A DNA stretch of 64,000 nt from Bugula neritina (taxonomy: Eukaryota > Animalia > Bryozoa): the NCBI GenBank assembly GCA_964035545.1, contig OZ037766.1:2232001-2296000 (forward strand). The letters run 5' to 3'. This document shows, piece by piece, positions 12,101 through 24,991 of this stretch; the stretch's first letter is position 1; every line of letters begins with the position of its first letter. The position numbers and the translations under genes are program-made. Under the pieces are notes generated by a model that saw only the letters and a list, made by a program, of their open reading frames with translations, ran no database searches and was not told the origin of the DNA.

Positions 12101-15100
12101 GGATCTGTGTTTTCAAATGTTTTAAGCCAACAACTAATTTTTCTGAATACAAAATGTCTTGCAAAACTTTCAAAGTTATTCTTGAAATGTGCTTGACAAG
12201 AAATATTTTTCGATTGGCCTTGATAGCATGTGAATGATATGACCCCTTTTTGATTGTATGCCTCCATAGATATTTCTTCTAAAATGTAAAATTCCGAATT
12301 TCTATCGAAAACTTCACTATTAGGTTTGAGCTTTCAACATTTTGGTAGCACACTGTCCTGTGTAAACACTTTTTTTCAAAAACTTAGTTTCTTTTCAATA
12401 AAAATATCGTAATGCACTTTATTCAAAGTGAACTATAGGTTGTATTTTGAGCGAGTGACTCAAATAATGGCTCAAGAGTCTCAATATTTGATTCAGTGTT
12501 ATTAATTAAACTTGTGCTAATATATTTCCAATAAAATTCTTATAGATAATTGCCAATTAAAATGTGTAAAACAATTATTTTTATGCATTTCTGCAACTTC
12601 TACATTGTAACAAATACTTTGATTTGAGAGTTGTCTTCTACCTAGAGCCAATACTCTTACAGCTCTAACCATCCTATTACTATATTAGTTCATTCACCTG
12701 TCGCTCTGTTTGTTATATAGATAGAGAGTAAGAAATTAAGCTGGAATGCCGAGTCAAAGATTGGGAGTCTAGATAAAGCCCACCATAAACCAGCTGGTGG
12801 AAATGTTAAGGTAAGGTGGTTATTAGTGATATATAGACATGTTTGGTATTCTTATTGTACCAAGTTTAGACTTGGGTGGTTTTTGCTTAATCCTATAACG
12901 GAAAGCTGTTTGCAAAAACCTTTGTACCAAGGCCACCATTTCTTTTAAATTTTTACCTTTAGGTTTAAAATGAGTTTCCGTGGTTTTCCTGTTGTAATTT
13001 GCATGTTGGGGTTAATTTTCATGTTTCTAGATTGAAAACCAAAGGCTCAGCTGGAATGCAGAGTCAAAAATTAGGAGTTTAGAGAAAGCCCACCATAAAC
13101 CAGCTGGGGGAGATGTTAAGGTTGGTTTGGTTCTAAAAATAAGCAATCAATTTAGCTTCTCTGCACATGGAATTTAATTTAATTATATTAATTAATATCC
13201 TTTTATACTAAAAACATAATTCAAAAAGAGTGTTGGACAATTTAATAGAAGTAAAAATTGTATATATTTGGTCATTGGTTGTCATTGGTTGGAGTTGTGT
13301 CATCAATGAAACTCTGCTAACCTTCATAAGTCTTGCCTTAAATAGTTTGATTTGAGTTTGATTTAACCAGCATAGAGTTGTCTGTACTTGTTTCTTGGTG
13401 TAAAAAAGTGAAAGCATTTGTGAGAAGTATCTTTTAATCCTACATAATGCATATTGCTGCCATGAAATAAATCTGTCTGGCGTAGAAATCTTCATGGTAA
13501 GTAAAACAAGGAATTGCAGGTTTTCTAGAAACACAAATAAGTAGTGGCCAGTTGAAAAAATTAAATTTTGCATCATTTTCTTATGTCAAAGTTTTCTAAA
13601 AACACACCTTTTCTGTTCCGTCAAATTGCTTCAACTCTCCATTCACATGAACTGATTCATTGTTTTCATATTTCTAGATTGAAAACCAAAGACTCAGCTG
13701 GAATGCAGAGTCAAAAATTGGTAGTTTAGAAAAAGCCCACCATAAACCAGCTGGAGGAGATGTTAAGGTGAGTTGTGCTGAATTAAAAAACATCCTGTTT
13801 CTACAGGAGTAGTGTTGAATTAAAAGTTCTAGAAAACATTATTTTTTTCTAAAAAAAAGTTGTTGTAATGTCAAGCACTTTGAAACCACATCTCATTGAT
13901 GACTCATGCGTATGACTCAAAGTTGACTGTCGACAGGCATATTGATTATCACAGAAAACAAGAGTTATTTACAGTTACTTTTGTATTACTTTACAAGCTT
14001 TAGTGAGACTCAGAAAAATTCTGGGTTATTTTGAAATAAAAACAGTCCTTTTTTAATTTCTAGGCAAATTTTGTCAACATTTTTAGAATAATTAAATGAT
14101 CTTTCATTTTAAACAACCCTGCAAAGTTCTGAATTTTTTTTCATTTTTTTTATCTCTAATTATTAAGGCCAGTATTTACACTGAACTTCGAAACATGTTT
14201 TCATGTCTGTGATATGTAATAAATCAATCAATCAAGCTTTCCTGGGCTCTTTTTAGTTTTCTCAAATATTTTAGATCTTTGAGGAGAAGCTGCAGTGGGA
14301 CACCGAGGCCCGTATTGGTTCCATGGCTAATGCTGCTTACAAGCCCGCGGGTGGGCAGGTCAAAGTAGAGTCCCACAAACTAGATTTCAAAGATAAAGCT
14401 AAGCCTAAAATTGGCTCTCTGGAAAAAGCCTCTTACACTCCTGGCGGGGGAAACGTTAAAATAGAGCAAAACAGACTCCAGTTTAAAGGTGAGACATTTC
14501 TCAGAGATATACAAATGATTGTTTGTTTTCTGCTGCCTCTACTAGAGGGTAAAGTGTAACTGACATTAAATTGCTGACTTAAATAATGTTGTTTCTTGCA
14601 GTATTGAAAAATAGTTTTAACTTTCAGCAAAAACCAGTTGACTGATTATAGAGTACAGCATGTTTAGCTATGGTTATGCAAGGGAAAAACTTGATGATTT
14701 GCCATTCTAACTTATTCCGCCATTTAGAAAATGGACTCCAGGATATTTCTGTAAACAATAGTGTCTTAGAGAGAGGATAACTCCTAAACTTAGTTCCTTA
14801 TCATGTGTAAACAGCTGTATTGTGTGATTACCTCGCAGCAATGAATAGTCCCTTCATTTCCACTGCTTGTAGAGAAAGCTCAGGCTAAGATAGGCTCCCT
14901 GAACTACGTGAGTCATACCCCGAGAGGGGGAGAAGTGAAGATTGAGACTCATAAGTTGGAGTTCAAAGAGAAGGCGTCTCCACGCATTGGTTCGCTGGAA
15001 AAGGCGTCGCATAGCCCGGGTGGTGGTAATGTGCAGGTATGTATTTACTTGTCTATTAACATGCCGTGGTGCGTTGTGTGCAAACATAATGTAAATATGT

Positions 15101-16690
15101 ACTAAGGATGTGTTTATAACACTACATTCATTAATGTTACTGTATATCTGTTAAATGCCAACTTATTTTGATAGTATATAATGTTTCTCTACACATATTC
15201 AAAGTCTATTAGATATTGTTATTTTTTGATGTAGCAACCACTACCTGGCAACACCTAGTTGTATTGTTTTGTTTCCATGGTTACCACTATATAATTAGCT
15301 TCAATTGTTCAACTTCTAGCATCACTTTTTCTGTAGATACTAAATGAAAAACTGAATTTTCGTGAAACGGCCAAGCCAAAAGTTGGAAGTCGCGACAACA
15401 TCGGCTATATCCCGGGAGGAGGAGATGTCAAGGTAAAGTGTGACTTCACAGAATCTATTAATAACCAGCTGTCTTTATTAATAGCTGAAAGTTGATTGCT
15501 ATCACCTTCTCTCTTCACACGAGTAACAATCTAGTCACAAGAAATGCTTGAACTTTTGTCTTACACTATTTTGCTGCTAACCATGTTTTCTACTTACTCT
15601 AACACTCACAGTGTGCATATTGCAGATTGAATATCAAGTTGTCTCCCCTCGCTCTGATTTCCTTTCCGGACTGTCCAACACCAAACCTGTAAGTTGCAGT
15701 CAAAACCAACTCTATTTTTGTTTTTCAGCAACTTTTCAGTGACTTTATACTTGATGATGAAACATACTACACAGAGGAGCAAATTTTTGTAAACAAGCCA
15801 ATAACTTCTTTGTGAATGAAAATGCGGGAGATTTTTTTCTAGAATTTGTTAAATAAAAAAATTAAATTGAAGTTTCACCGCTGCGCATATGTGTGTCATT
15901 AGAAAGCCAACATTTACATAATCTAACAATGCAGAGAGTTAAGTGCGCTAGAATAATGTATAACATAGAAAGACAATAGTGTGAGAGATACTGTATAACT
16001 TATCATAATCTGCCTTTTGTTGTTGGATATATTTTTATATGAACATCGTCTTTGAATGACTACTACACAATGTAAATGTAACTCTTGGTTTTTCGTAACC
16101 AAAAACTCTTCATCAAAATGTTTCTAAGTTTGTGTCCAGTTAATAGTTGTGCACTCACCGCTAGCAAATAATGAGCCTTGAAAAATTCTGAAATTAGTTC
16201 TGAAATATTCACTATAATATTGCAGCTAAATGTAATTTTATAGTCAAATGTAATATATTATATTATTTATTATTTAACACAAAAAACATCTGCTGTGAAA
16301 ATCTAAAATTTTGATCAACTAAATTTACTTTATTGAAAGCAGCATTTAGCTTTATATACTAAAATAATAACGTCAGCAGTTTTCAAATGACATCGTAGTT
16401 GATAAAAGGGTTGAGGTAATAAGCACAGACGCCACCATCCAGCTTTCTTACTGATATTTAACTGTTTTGTTTTTAATTTTCAGTATTTTTATGTGAAACT
16501 GAACAATAAAATGACTATGCTTTAGGGGAGAAGAAATAGCACTAGCAGCAGCACAAGCAGCGGGCCCCAGTTGCTCCAAGACGTGTCTGCCGCGGCTAAT
16601 GGAGCTAGTCATGTGACAGGTAATGACCTTGACATTGGTCATATGACCGGAGCTGATGAATCAGTCCCTTACCTGCAGAGTGATCTATAA
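3182..16690 (+). CDS. tau: Tau/MAP2/MAP4-family microtubule-associated protein with 13 tubulin-binding repeats (~571-578 aa)
   Basis: Phase-consistent exons: 3182-3223 (uncertain; alternative ATG at 8000), 8021-8174, 9490-9608, 10457-10546, 10808-10897, 11036-11125, 11703-11792, 11943-12032, 12721-12810, 13031-13120, 13678-13767, 14275-14488, 14873-15036, 15337-15432, 15626-15688, 16526-16690 (TAA). Repeats such as VESHKLDFKDKAKPKIGSLEKASYTPGGGNVK and IETHKLEFKEKASPRIGSLEKASHSPGGG carry KxGS and PGGG motifs. The C-terminus (VVSPR...LSN...SSGPQL...DVSA) resembles the tau tail. Probable non-coding exon ending 1447; AATAAA 17478. Confidence 0.92.
3276..3394. repeat. 17-bp minisatellite (cttgtcatgtgacttac) x7
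   Basis: Seven consecutive near-perfect units read directly; each contains GTCATGTGAC. Confidence 0.95.
7170..7420 (-). mobile_element. Degenerate SINE-like element (second family)
   Basis: Minus strand begins with an A-box-like TGGTTCAGTGGTTAGAA; higher GC than the intron background; a faintly similar segment lies near 3690-3840. Confidence 0.3.
9612..9900. repeat. (TGAG)n microsatellite, degenerating 3'
   Basis: Pure gagt tetramer array ~9625-9789 directly after the exon 9490-9608 donor; degenerate copies continue to ~10060. Confidence 0.97.
11143..11223. repeat. ~20-bp tandem repeat (gacagagatagtctgagtga) x3-4
   Basis: Direct reading; intronic. Confidence 0.85.
15231..15284. promoter_or_regulatory. 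Putative RFX X-box cluster
   Basis: GTTTCCATGGTTAC at 15271-15284 (reverse complement GTAACCATGGAAAC) fits the X-box consensus; half-sites TAGCAAC (15232) and TGGCAAC (15246) lie within 40 bp. Confidence 0.4.
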
Positions 16691-18767
16691 CAATGTCAAT
16701 CACCTACATACTCACAGTTTATATTAGATTATTTCTGTTCCTCATCTCTCTGATATTATGGTACAAGTGATGTTGTTAGGTATTGCTGTCATTCAATTCT
16801 GTGTAAACTGTGATAAAAATTCAAGAAAAAAAGTTATTTCTGTATATTTGTGTTTTTTATAAATAGCTTTTCTTGCCCATTGGAGTTTTATTTTTCTCAT
16901 GAAAATTGCTGTTTTAAGTTTGAGCTCTTACTAAGTTACTTGCAGCTTGCATTTAAATATTAACCTTGGTTTACCTTGAGAATATTTTCTTGCCAAGCCA
17001 TAAACCTCTCCAAGAAGTCATTAACATTTAGCTAGTCTTTGTTTAAGTGAAGGCATACTTTGTTAACGAGTGATTGGTTATAAAACTACTGCTGCCGCCA
17101 TATTTAAAATTCATAAGCACTGCTGACATGATTATGCAACTTGTTCTAAATATTCGTTTATTTTATTCACTTCTGCGTTGCATTACATTCTGTCAATTCA
17201 CCAAACTATGTTATAGATGTGATGTTTACGTTGTTCTGCATAGTTTGTATTCCTGTTAAAGCCTTCGGTATATGTCAGAAGATAATGTATTGCATAGTTT
17301 GATGTAAATTTCTTTTAATTTTTTATCTGTAAATAATTATTCATGTGTTTTTTTTGTTAAATTTTCAGGGATTTTGCTCTAACTCGAAATATTTTTAGGC
17401 GCAGCCCCTAAAGTACTTTTCTCATTTAGAGTCCATTACTCTGGGAGAAGAAACCTAACTAAGTCTTGTATGAATTCAATAAAATAGTTTTATTAGAAAT
17501 TCAAATCTTTAGTACTTCATCTGAAATATTAAAGTTAAATATTGCTTTAGTTATTATAGAGTCAAGTTGTGCAAAAAATAAGAACCTTGTGTTGTGACAT
17601 CGTCACATATACTGCGATATTGTCCCATGTGACATTTTTACCTATAATGTGGTATTGTTACATATTTTGCGATATTGTTGCACATGTCGTGATACTGCCA
17701 CACATTGTCATTGTTCTAAAAGTTTTCAAAAAGGGTTATTCTACCACTAACATTATTTTAAATTCCGCATAGCAGTGGACTATCTTAATATTCTATTTCA
17801 ACTATGAAGGTGACGCTTATTAGACAAACTATAGCATGATATAGGGGAAGGATAAATTGTCACTTGAATGCATTGTGACATCATTCTGAGATATTGGTCT
17901 TGGTACCTTTTGGAGTAGTATCGGCCATGTTTCCACAGGTTCAATCAGCACCAGGTCTTTAGCTTTCAATAATAGAAAAGCTGCAAAATAAACACATATA
18001 CTTCAAAACGGAAATTTATTGATAGATCATCGCAGGTACTGATAATCATTGTGAAATGCTGCAGAGTTGTTGAGAGCTAAGCTGTAGTACTCTCAGACTA
18101 GGAATAAATCTTTCATCACTCAACAGTGAAGCATTTGCTGGTTCTTATAATTGAAACTGGGACTTTTCCAGAGTGAAACTTTAGACATAGGCACATGGAA
18201 ATTTGACACTTGAAAACTGCCATTCTACTTTTATTCTTTTGTTTTAAATAACTATTCAATTTGTGATGTAATTAACATTGAAATTCGTGGAAACGCAGAT
18301 TTTCTCAAGAAATCTAAGAGAATTGGCAATTCCAAACTAAAGCTGCCATCATGGGCTGAGAAACATACAGCGGATATATTTATAGGCATTGCTTTTTATG
18401 TATCACTAACTGTTTCTTTGTCGTACACACAAACTAAATTTATAAAGACCCTATTGTTTAGATGTAGGTAACAAAATAATTAGGGCTGATTATTCAGGTT
18501 AACTAGTTATATAATTTGCATATAACATCAGCTATACAATACAGTTTGAGTTCGCACACTGTTACTATTATTTAAATACCTTAAAGCCAAGTCAATAAAC
18601 TAATTTCCACTTAATTAAACTAAGTTGCAAGAGGGCAATTAACGATTAATTACAAGTTATTATTCCACAACTGAGTTTTGTCTGGCAACAGTCAACTGAG
18701 CTCTGAGCTAAGCAACGCCAGCTCCTGAAGTGAAAGCGGATTTTGCAAGAATAGACTGAGCTTCAAG

Positions 18768-21700
18768 ATGAAGGTGAGACCAGCTACAACAGAATACAGG
18801 ACTCACTTTGGGCCCCCCACAGATAACTCTCCTGGAAAGCTACCAGCTTTCTACGGCACGGCTCCTCACAAGGCTAATGATTTCTCCACGACTATAAGGC
18901 AGTCGTATGAGGGTAGAAAACCCATGTAAGTGACTCGAGTCTAATTTTTAGTTCCAAATTTTCTTAGAAATAAAATAGTTTAGAGAAGGCTGTAGACTCT
19001 CTAAGTTATAACTATCCTGCACATATATATACTGTCTCTGGGACTACTACATACAAAATATCCTGTCTTAATAACTACTGCATGCAATATATTCTGTCTT
19101 TGTGACTATTACCTACAATATATACTCTCTTAATAACTACTGCATGCAATATATTCTGTCTTTGTGACTATTACATACAATATATTATACTGTCTTTGAA
19201 ACCAAATATCAACATATTTGAGTTGTTATTCTTGCTGACCATTATAAAAAATTGTTTCTTTCTGAGAAGACAAATTTAGTCCCCCAAGCTTGGTATTACA
19301 TGAAATTCCTGACAAATGAACAGCATGCTTATATACAGAGTGTGTAAAACATTGCTTCTGCTTCACTAATTAGTTGATGTGAGAGAGAGCAACTTTACTT
19401 TTGCACTAACTCAACTTTATTTACTAAGCTTTCAGTTTAGAAGTAAATTGCATGCACTTTTGTTGGAAGTAAATGAAGATTTTTTTGCAGTTCTAAAAAC
19501 TATCAATTGATTTTGATTAATTATCTGTAACAATGAAACACTTCATAAACTTGATACAAATATTAACAGTTAATTATGCATTAAATATATTACAAAAATA
19601 GAAGCAGTGGTCTAATAAATAAACTACTGTAAAATTATAAACCTAAAATTAATTTGTTATTATAAGCTATAGGCTGGCAGCTTAAATTCCGCTTTAAAGT
19701 TAAAAAAACATTCAGTTAAAACTGTCACTGCACTACCTTCCAGTTTTAACAACAGAATTTGCTGCAACATAATGTTCATGTAAAATAGCACTTAACATCA
19801 GTTATTGATTAATTAAGTTTTCAAATAGATCCAAGAACACCCTGATGGAAGATTGGCTGAAGAGGACTAAGAACAAGCACTTTGGAGCTTTCAAGGACAG
19901 CTACCCTCAAGCTGCTCCTTTCTCAAGAATCAGAGACTTGGATGCTAAGATTGTAGGTTCTTGACTATTAAGTTCATTGCTGGTAGTAATACTTGACTAT
20001 TTTAAGTCTGTCATAAAACATATATAACTATTATTATTACCTTTAATCGCATTGTTGAAAAGTATAATATATTATATAAGTGTAATATATTATATAAGTA
20101 TAATATATTACAGAACATGTGTGTCTTTTTATGGTTACAAGTTACAATAATGCAGTATGCTATATTATGATAAGTGTCACATATATTTTACATGATGATG
20201 CACTATATTATATATTACATAATATGGTATGGCAATAGTATGATGGTGTGTTTTGATTACTTCATTAGCAATGGGGCACACTTAAATATACACTTACCAT
20301 CTTAATTCACCACTAAACTATAAGCTTTCATGAGTGAAAACTATATACTTCCATATCTTTATTAGTCTGCTAAATGGTTTCACTGTTTTCTAAGTAGTGC
20401 ACAAACATACTTGTGAAAAACGCTGAAATATGTTGTGCATACACTAACACTTTTGGTTCTTTTTTTCCTAATTGATACATATTTTATTTCTGCAACTTTG
20501 TTTTGTCTTTTTTTCTTGGTGTAATTCTTATATATAATTTTATCTAATTGATCTTGTAAAGTTTTGCCTTAAATACTGAAATATGTTAACAGAAACTACC
20601 CAACTTACCCAATGGCTACCTGAGTTACAACAGCTCTGGATACAAGAGCTCGGAGATACCAACCGCGGAGGAACATTACAAAAAGAAGTACGAAGCTTTG
20701 CTGAGGAGACTTCAAGAGAAGCAGAAAGTACTCAACAGGAAACAGTGAGTCGAGCCGTGAAACTACTTTCAGTTTGAGAAATTAAAATTTGTAGCAAGAG
20801 AAAAAAAGTTACTTTAGTAACTCACCAGAGTAGGTTTATATGAAAGTTAACATTTAAACAGTTCAACCTGTTGAAGAGCCATAAAAAATCAAACTTTTGG
20901 AAGAGGTGCAGTCATAAATTTGGTGCTGACAGCTTTCAACCTAAAATATATTTAGTAACTAAGCTACCATCTGAAAGTATGGGATTCCATTGTGTCACAT
21001 TTAATGGTATTAAATTATATTATTATCAAACTGTGCATAGTTATATATAATGCAAGCATCTATAATTAATTTCTTGAATGTAGGCCAAAAAATTAGATCT
21101 ATATATTTTATACAAAATACTTTTAGTATTTCTATTTGATCATTTTTTTCTGTCGTCTGATTAATCAGTCTGAAAACTATGACTATTTGTTATACGTATA
21201 AAATAATAAATTATTTGAAAGAACATAGATTAATATATTATTTGAGCATCACATTTAATTGAGACTGCAATCAATTGAGAAATTTGTAGTAAAACAAGCT
21301 CTTTGAAACTCTGCAATTTCTAGCTGCATGAGTAAGTCCTGCATGTTTCTAATCTATATATCTTCAACTACACATTAAACTTATATGATTTCTAGCCAAG
21401 TATAGGTTCTATGCTTACTAACTATATTCATCTACATATATAAATAGCCAATTTATAATAGTCTATATATAACTTATATTTGCAGGAAATTACCTGGAGG
21501 TGGTAAAGGAGTCTGGAGACATATAAAAGAATCTTATGGAGCAGGAATAAACTTGCTTAGCTGGGTTGATGGTAATGATGACTCTCAAAATATTAGTAAA
21601 TAATTAGATACACACGCAAGAACAAACATATACACTCGTCGCACACACGCACACACACGCACACACACGCACACGCACGCACACACACGCACACACACGC

Positions 21701-22427
21701 ACACGCACACACAGGCACGTACATGCACACACAGGCACAGTTTTATTAGTTAGTTTTCCGAGTGAAATTGATGATTGATTGTATAACATAGTTTGCCATG
21801 TACTGTCTTTAGGAAGTAGATCTTTGATAGACAGCGGTGAAATGGTTGAAATGAACAGCGTAGAAGAAAAGCCAAAGGAATTCACTGGTGGAAAGGGGCC
21901 AAACAGACATATCATAGACAGTCATGGCGCGGGACCAACAGTCATCACTTGGCTAAGTGGTATGTGGAAGGTGTATTACTCATATACCTGTAGTTAGAGC
22001 TACAGAAATACCTGGGGGTAAAGTTCATCTACAATAATAAATTTTTTCCAGGTCTGTTTGGTCTTCTACATACCTGATATACATCATACAAATAGAAACA
22101 TTAACAAATTATAAAGAAATGCACAATGATTAGATTAGGATCACAACAAAGAATGATTAAAAACTTATCCTGGAAAGTTTTTTAATTTTTAAACCTTGTC
22201 TTTTATGTAATATATATCTAAGGTAATTAGAATAATACTAATTACCTTCAAACTGATTATGTTGCTATGTTTGATCCTCTTCAGGGTTACCAGTGAGAGA
22301 AAACAGATTTACTTCCTGTCTTCCAGTTTTGCCCACGTTGTATCAGCAATCAGTTGGACTGAGTGACTATCCACTCAGAGGGGGTCAGTTTAGAAAAGAA
22401 GAAGTAAAAGGATTAAAAGATGAGTGA
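18768..22427 (+). CDS. Uncharacterised 269-aa protein, candidate ciliary/flagellar microtubule-associated protein
   Basis: Six GT-AG exons in continuous frame: 18768-18925, 19829-19952, 20593-20744, 21486-21571, 21813-21959, 22285-22427 (TGA). MKVRPATTEYRTHFGPP...STTIRQSYEG...EEHYKKKYEALLRRLQEKQK (coiled-coil-like)...GGKGVWRHIKESYGAG..W / GGKGPNRHIIDSHGAG..W...TLYQQSVGLSDYP. Function is inference only. Confidence 0.8.
19020..19200. repeat. Intronic tandem duplication (ttaataactactgcatgcaatatattctgtctttgtgactatta)
   Basis: Two near-identical ~60-bp units plus degenerate subunits. Confidence 0.75.
21640..21738. repeat. (CA)n/(CACG)n microsatellite
   Basis: Direct reading. Confidence 0.9.
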
Positions 22428-23843
22428 CTCATAGCCCTGATTACTAACAGATATCCTAATAACTCATTGGAACTTTGCAAATTTATATTTCTCAATAGAA
22501 AAACTTGAATGTAGCTGCAACTAAAAATGAAATTTTATTGTTTCCTGCTAACAATTTATTCTTCAAACTCTGTTTACCTTCTAGTTGCTGCCTGCTAAAA
22601 ATTAAACTATCTGAACAGCTAACTAAATCTATACTATGTGATCTATAATACATTATTTCTTCAAATTTTTTTCAACAAACTACTTCCTTGCTTATCTAAT
22701 TTTTATGCTCAACAAAGCAAAAAATGTTCGCATTAAATAAAACATATATGTCTATATACGAACCACCAGCAGTGCGACCATTTTGTGTAAAAACAAACTT
22801 AATGCATTGCAAACTCAGTTTTGGAATTATTATGAAAAAGCTCAAATTGTTTACAATATGTTATAACAGTATTAGTAGACTATGCATCTTGAACAACATG
22901 AGTATAAGTACATATGTACTGTAGCAATATTTAAGCAATCTGAAGTTAAATAACATAATGTCCAACCCAGAATAATTTCAAGCCAAGATATATTTGATGT
23001 CATTAGGATAATGGCCTCTGTCTAGGCTATAGCTCATAGTTTATTGCAAATTTATTCAAATCTGAAAAATATAACTGCCAAATTCTCTGCTTATTATAGT
23101 CTGGAAAATAAACTACAATTTCTTTTTTAAAACTTGGCAATATTAGTATTGAAACAATACGTACATGAATATTTTATTTATAGAAATCCTTGGCTTTTAT
23201 TTAATTTAGTTTTAAAAAATATTGTTGCTTAACTAAACTTTGAGACCAATGCTTTTAACAATTTCTCAATACTTTTGCTATAACTGTTTATGCTGATTAC
23301 TAGAATTATTTATTATCGCCCTTAAAAATTACCATGCAGATAATATCTTTACTTTACTTTCCATGATAAAATGCACTCGCACTGTGTATATTCTATAGTA
23401 AGAGTACATTATAGGTTTAGACAGTACAAGCTATAAATAATGATCAGTTGACTAAATTATTAATGGTTATATATTCTCTGTTGGTTACGTTAATGACTTG
23501 GTATTACCAAAGAGTGCATCTCTACTTTTCAATGTAATATATATATATATATATAATCTCATTATAAAGCTAATTTATTGTGAAAATATCTGACATGCAT
23601 GACTGACATAAATTATTCTATATTCAAAAAAAAATTTCGAAATATAAACATTAAACGAATATGTTGATGGTTCTGTCATTTATATAATTGAATGCAGAAT
23701 AAATTAAAATTGTTCAATTTGTGGGCACAGCTAGTGGGAGGCAACATTGATTTATAATCATTTTTTTAAACTTCATCCAATTAAATCTTGGTTTTTTCCA
23801 AGTCCAACTTAAAAACAAAATGCTGTAAATAATACACAGACAT

Positions 23844-24030
23844 CTAGTGGGCGTGGTTTATGAGCCATATATAATAAACCCGCTGCTATACTTTGCTTGT
23901 TTTCATTACCAAAAAGTGTTGGAACCTGCCTTATGTAGAAGTCCTGCATTCATATAAAATACATCGCCAACTATAGAACGCACTTCAAGTGTTTTCACAG
24001 ATAAGAACCAAACTGAAACTGCAAGTAAGT
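23844..24030 (+). promoter_or_regulatory. Core promoter and non-coding exon 1 of peptide P1
   Basis: GC box TGGGCGTGG, TATATAA at ~23868, exon ending aaactgaaactgcaa|GTAAGT (24024); homologous to the P5 promoter/exon 1 at 35859-35945. Confidence 0.65.
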
Positions 24031-24838
24031 GAAAAATTATTATATATTATATATTATGTTGCATTATATATTATTATATATATTGGATATATTTTCATCT
24101 ATTATATTATATAATGTATTATATTGCTGTTCGGTTTAGATTTCATTTTGAGCTTGAATAAAATTATTGCATCACATCAAACACATTATTTAATCAATCA
24201 ATTCAAGCTTCAAATATTAGCCTACTTCACAAAAGCACCATGAAACTTTTAAAAATAAGCTAAAGTACTATAACTATAATGTATATTATAGCTAGCAATT
24301 TTAAGCACTGAACAATACACATATGTTTATTCTCATAAAGTTATAAAGTATATATAATATATATAGCTATTTTATTGAAAATAATAAAACCATAATACAT
24401 CACACATATTGTAGCATTGTGATTTCACATGGATATACATGCATAATATAGCTCGTAATCTTGGTACACAGATATTGCTTGGTTTATTCCCATTATATCT
24501 ACTGCATATTACAAAATATTCTATACACTCTATAAAATTTATGTTGGCAGAAACATTTATTATATTTTAAAGAATCATATTTGTTCATGTTAGGTTACTT
24601 TGGTTCTTTACACTTTTTGTAAACAAAGACTATAATAGCTGAATATATAAAAAGAAATTCAAAGATTTTCAAGGGAATTAGAGTAAATTAACATCTGCAC
24701 AACTACATGATATTTTGTATATCTTAAACATATAAATAGTGTATAAAAAGTGACATTGCAATACTAAAGTTATGTTGGAATTGTAATTTAATCCAAGAAA
24801 TATAATAATATTTCAGACCTTTTATATTTACAGAAAAG

Positions 24839-24991
24839 ATGAGGATCCTGAATGCAAATCTGATTCAGCTGCTAGCCGTGGTACTTCTGGCTCTGACAAC
24901 CTTCGCTGCTGGGAGACAAGCTGGGGCCCCTAACCAAGTGTGTAGGTTTGTACCAGAAAAAGGAAGAATGATTTGCACAAATGGTAATTGA
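24839..24991 (+). CDS. Secreted peptide P1 (50 aa, 2 Cys): MRILNANLIQLLAVVLLALTTFAAGRQAGAPNQVCRFVPEKGRMICTNGN
   Basis: Below the ORF-track length cut-off; translated by hand. Signal peptide resembles P2/P5; VCR...IC aligns to the last two Cys of paralogues; acceptor tttacag 5 nt before ATG; AATAAA 25089. Confidence 0.8.
   Translation: MRILNANLIQLLAVVLLALTTFAAGRQAGAPNQVCRFVPEKGRMICTNGN

Noticed and set aside
10457-13767. Regularly interspaced 90-bp repeats superficially like a CRISPR array
   Set aside because: They are GT-AG-flanked coding exons with synonymous variation and irregular 138-688-bp introns; eukaryotic DNA, no cas genes.
20583-20777. ORF MLTETTQL...
   Set aside because: Wrong frame; the exon 20593-20744 frame is fixed by the flanking exon phases.
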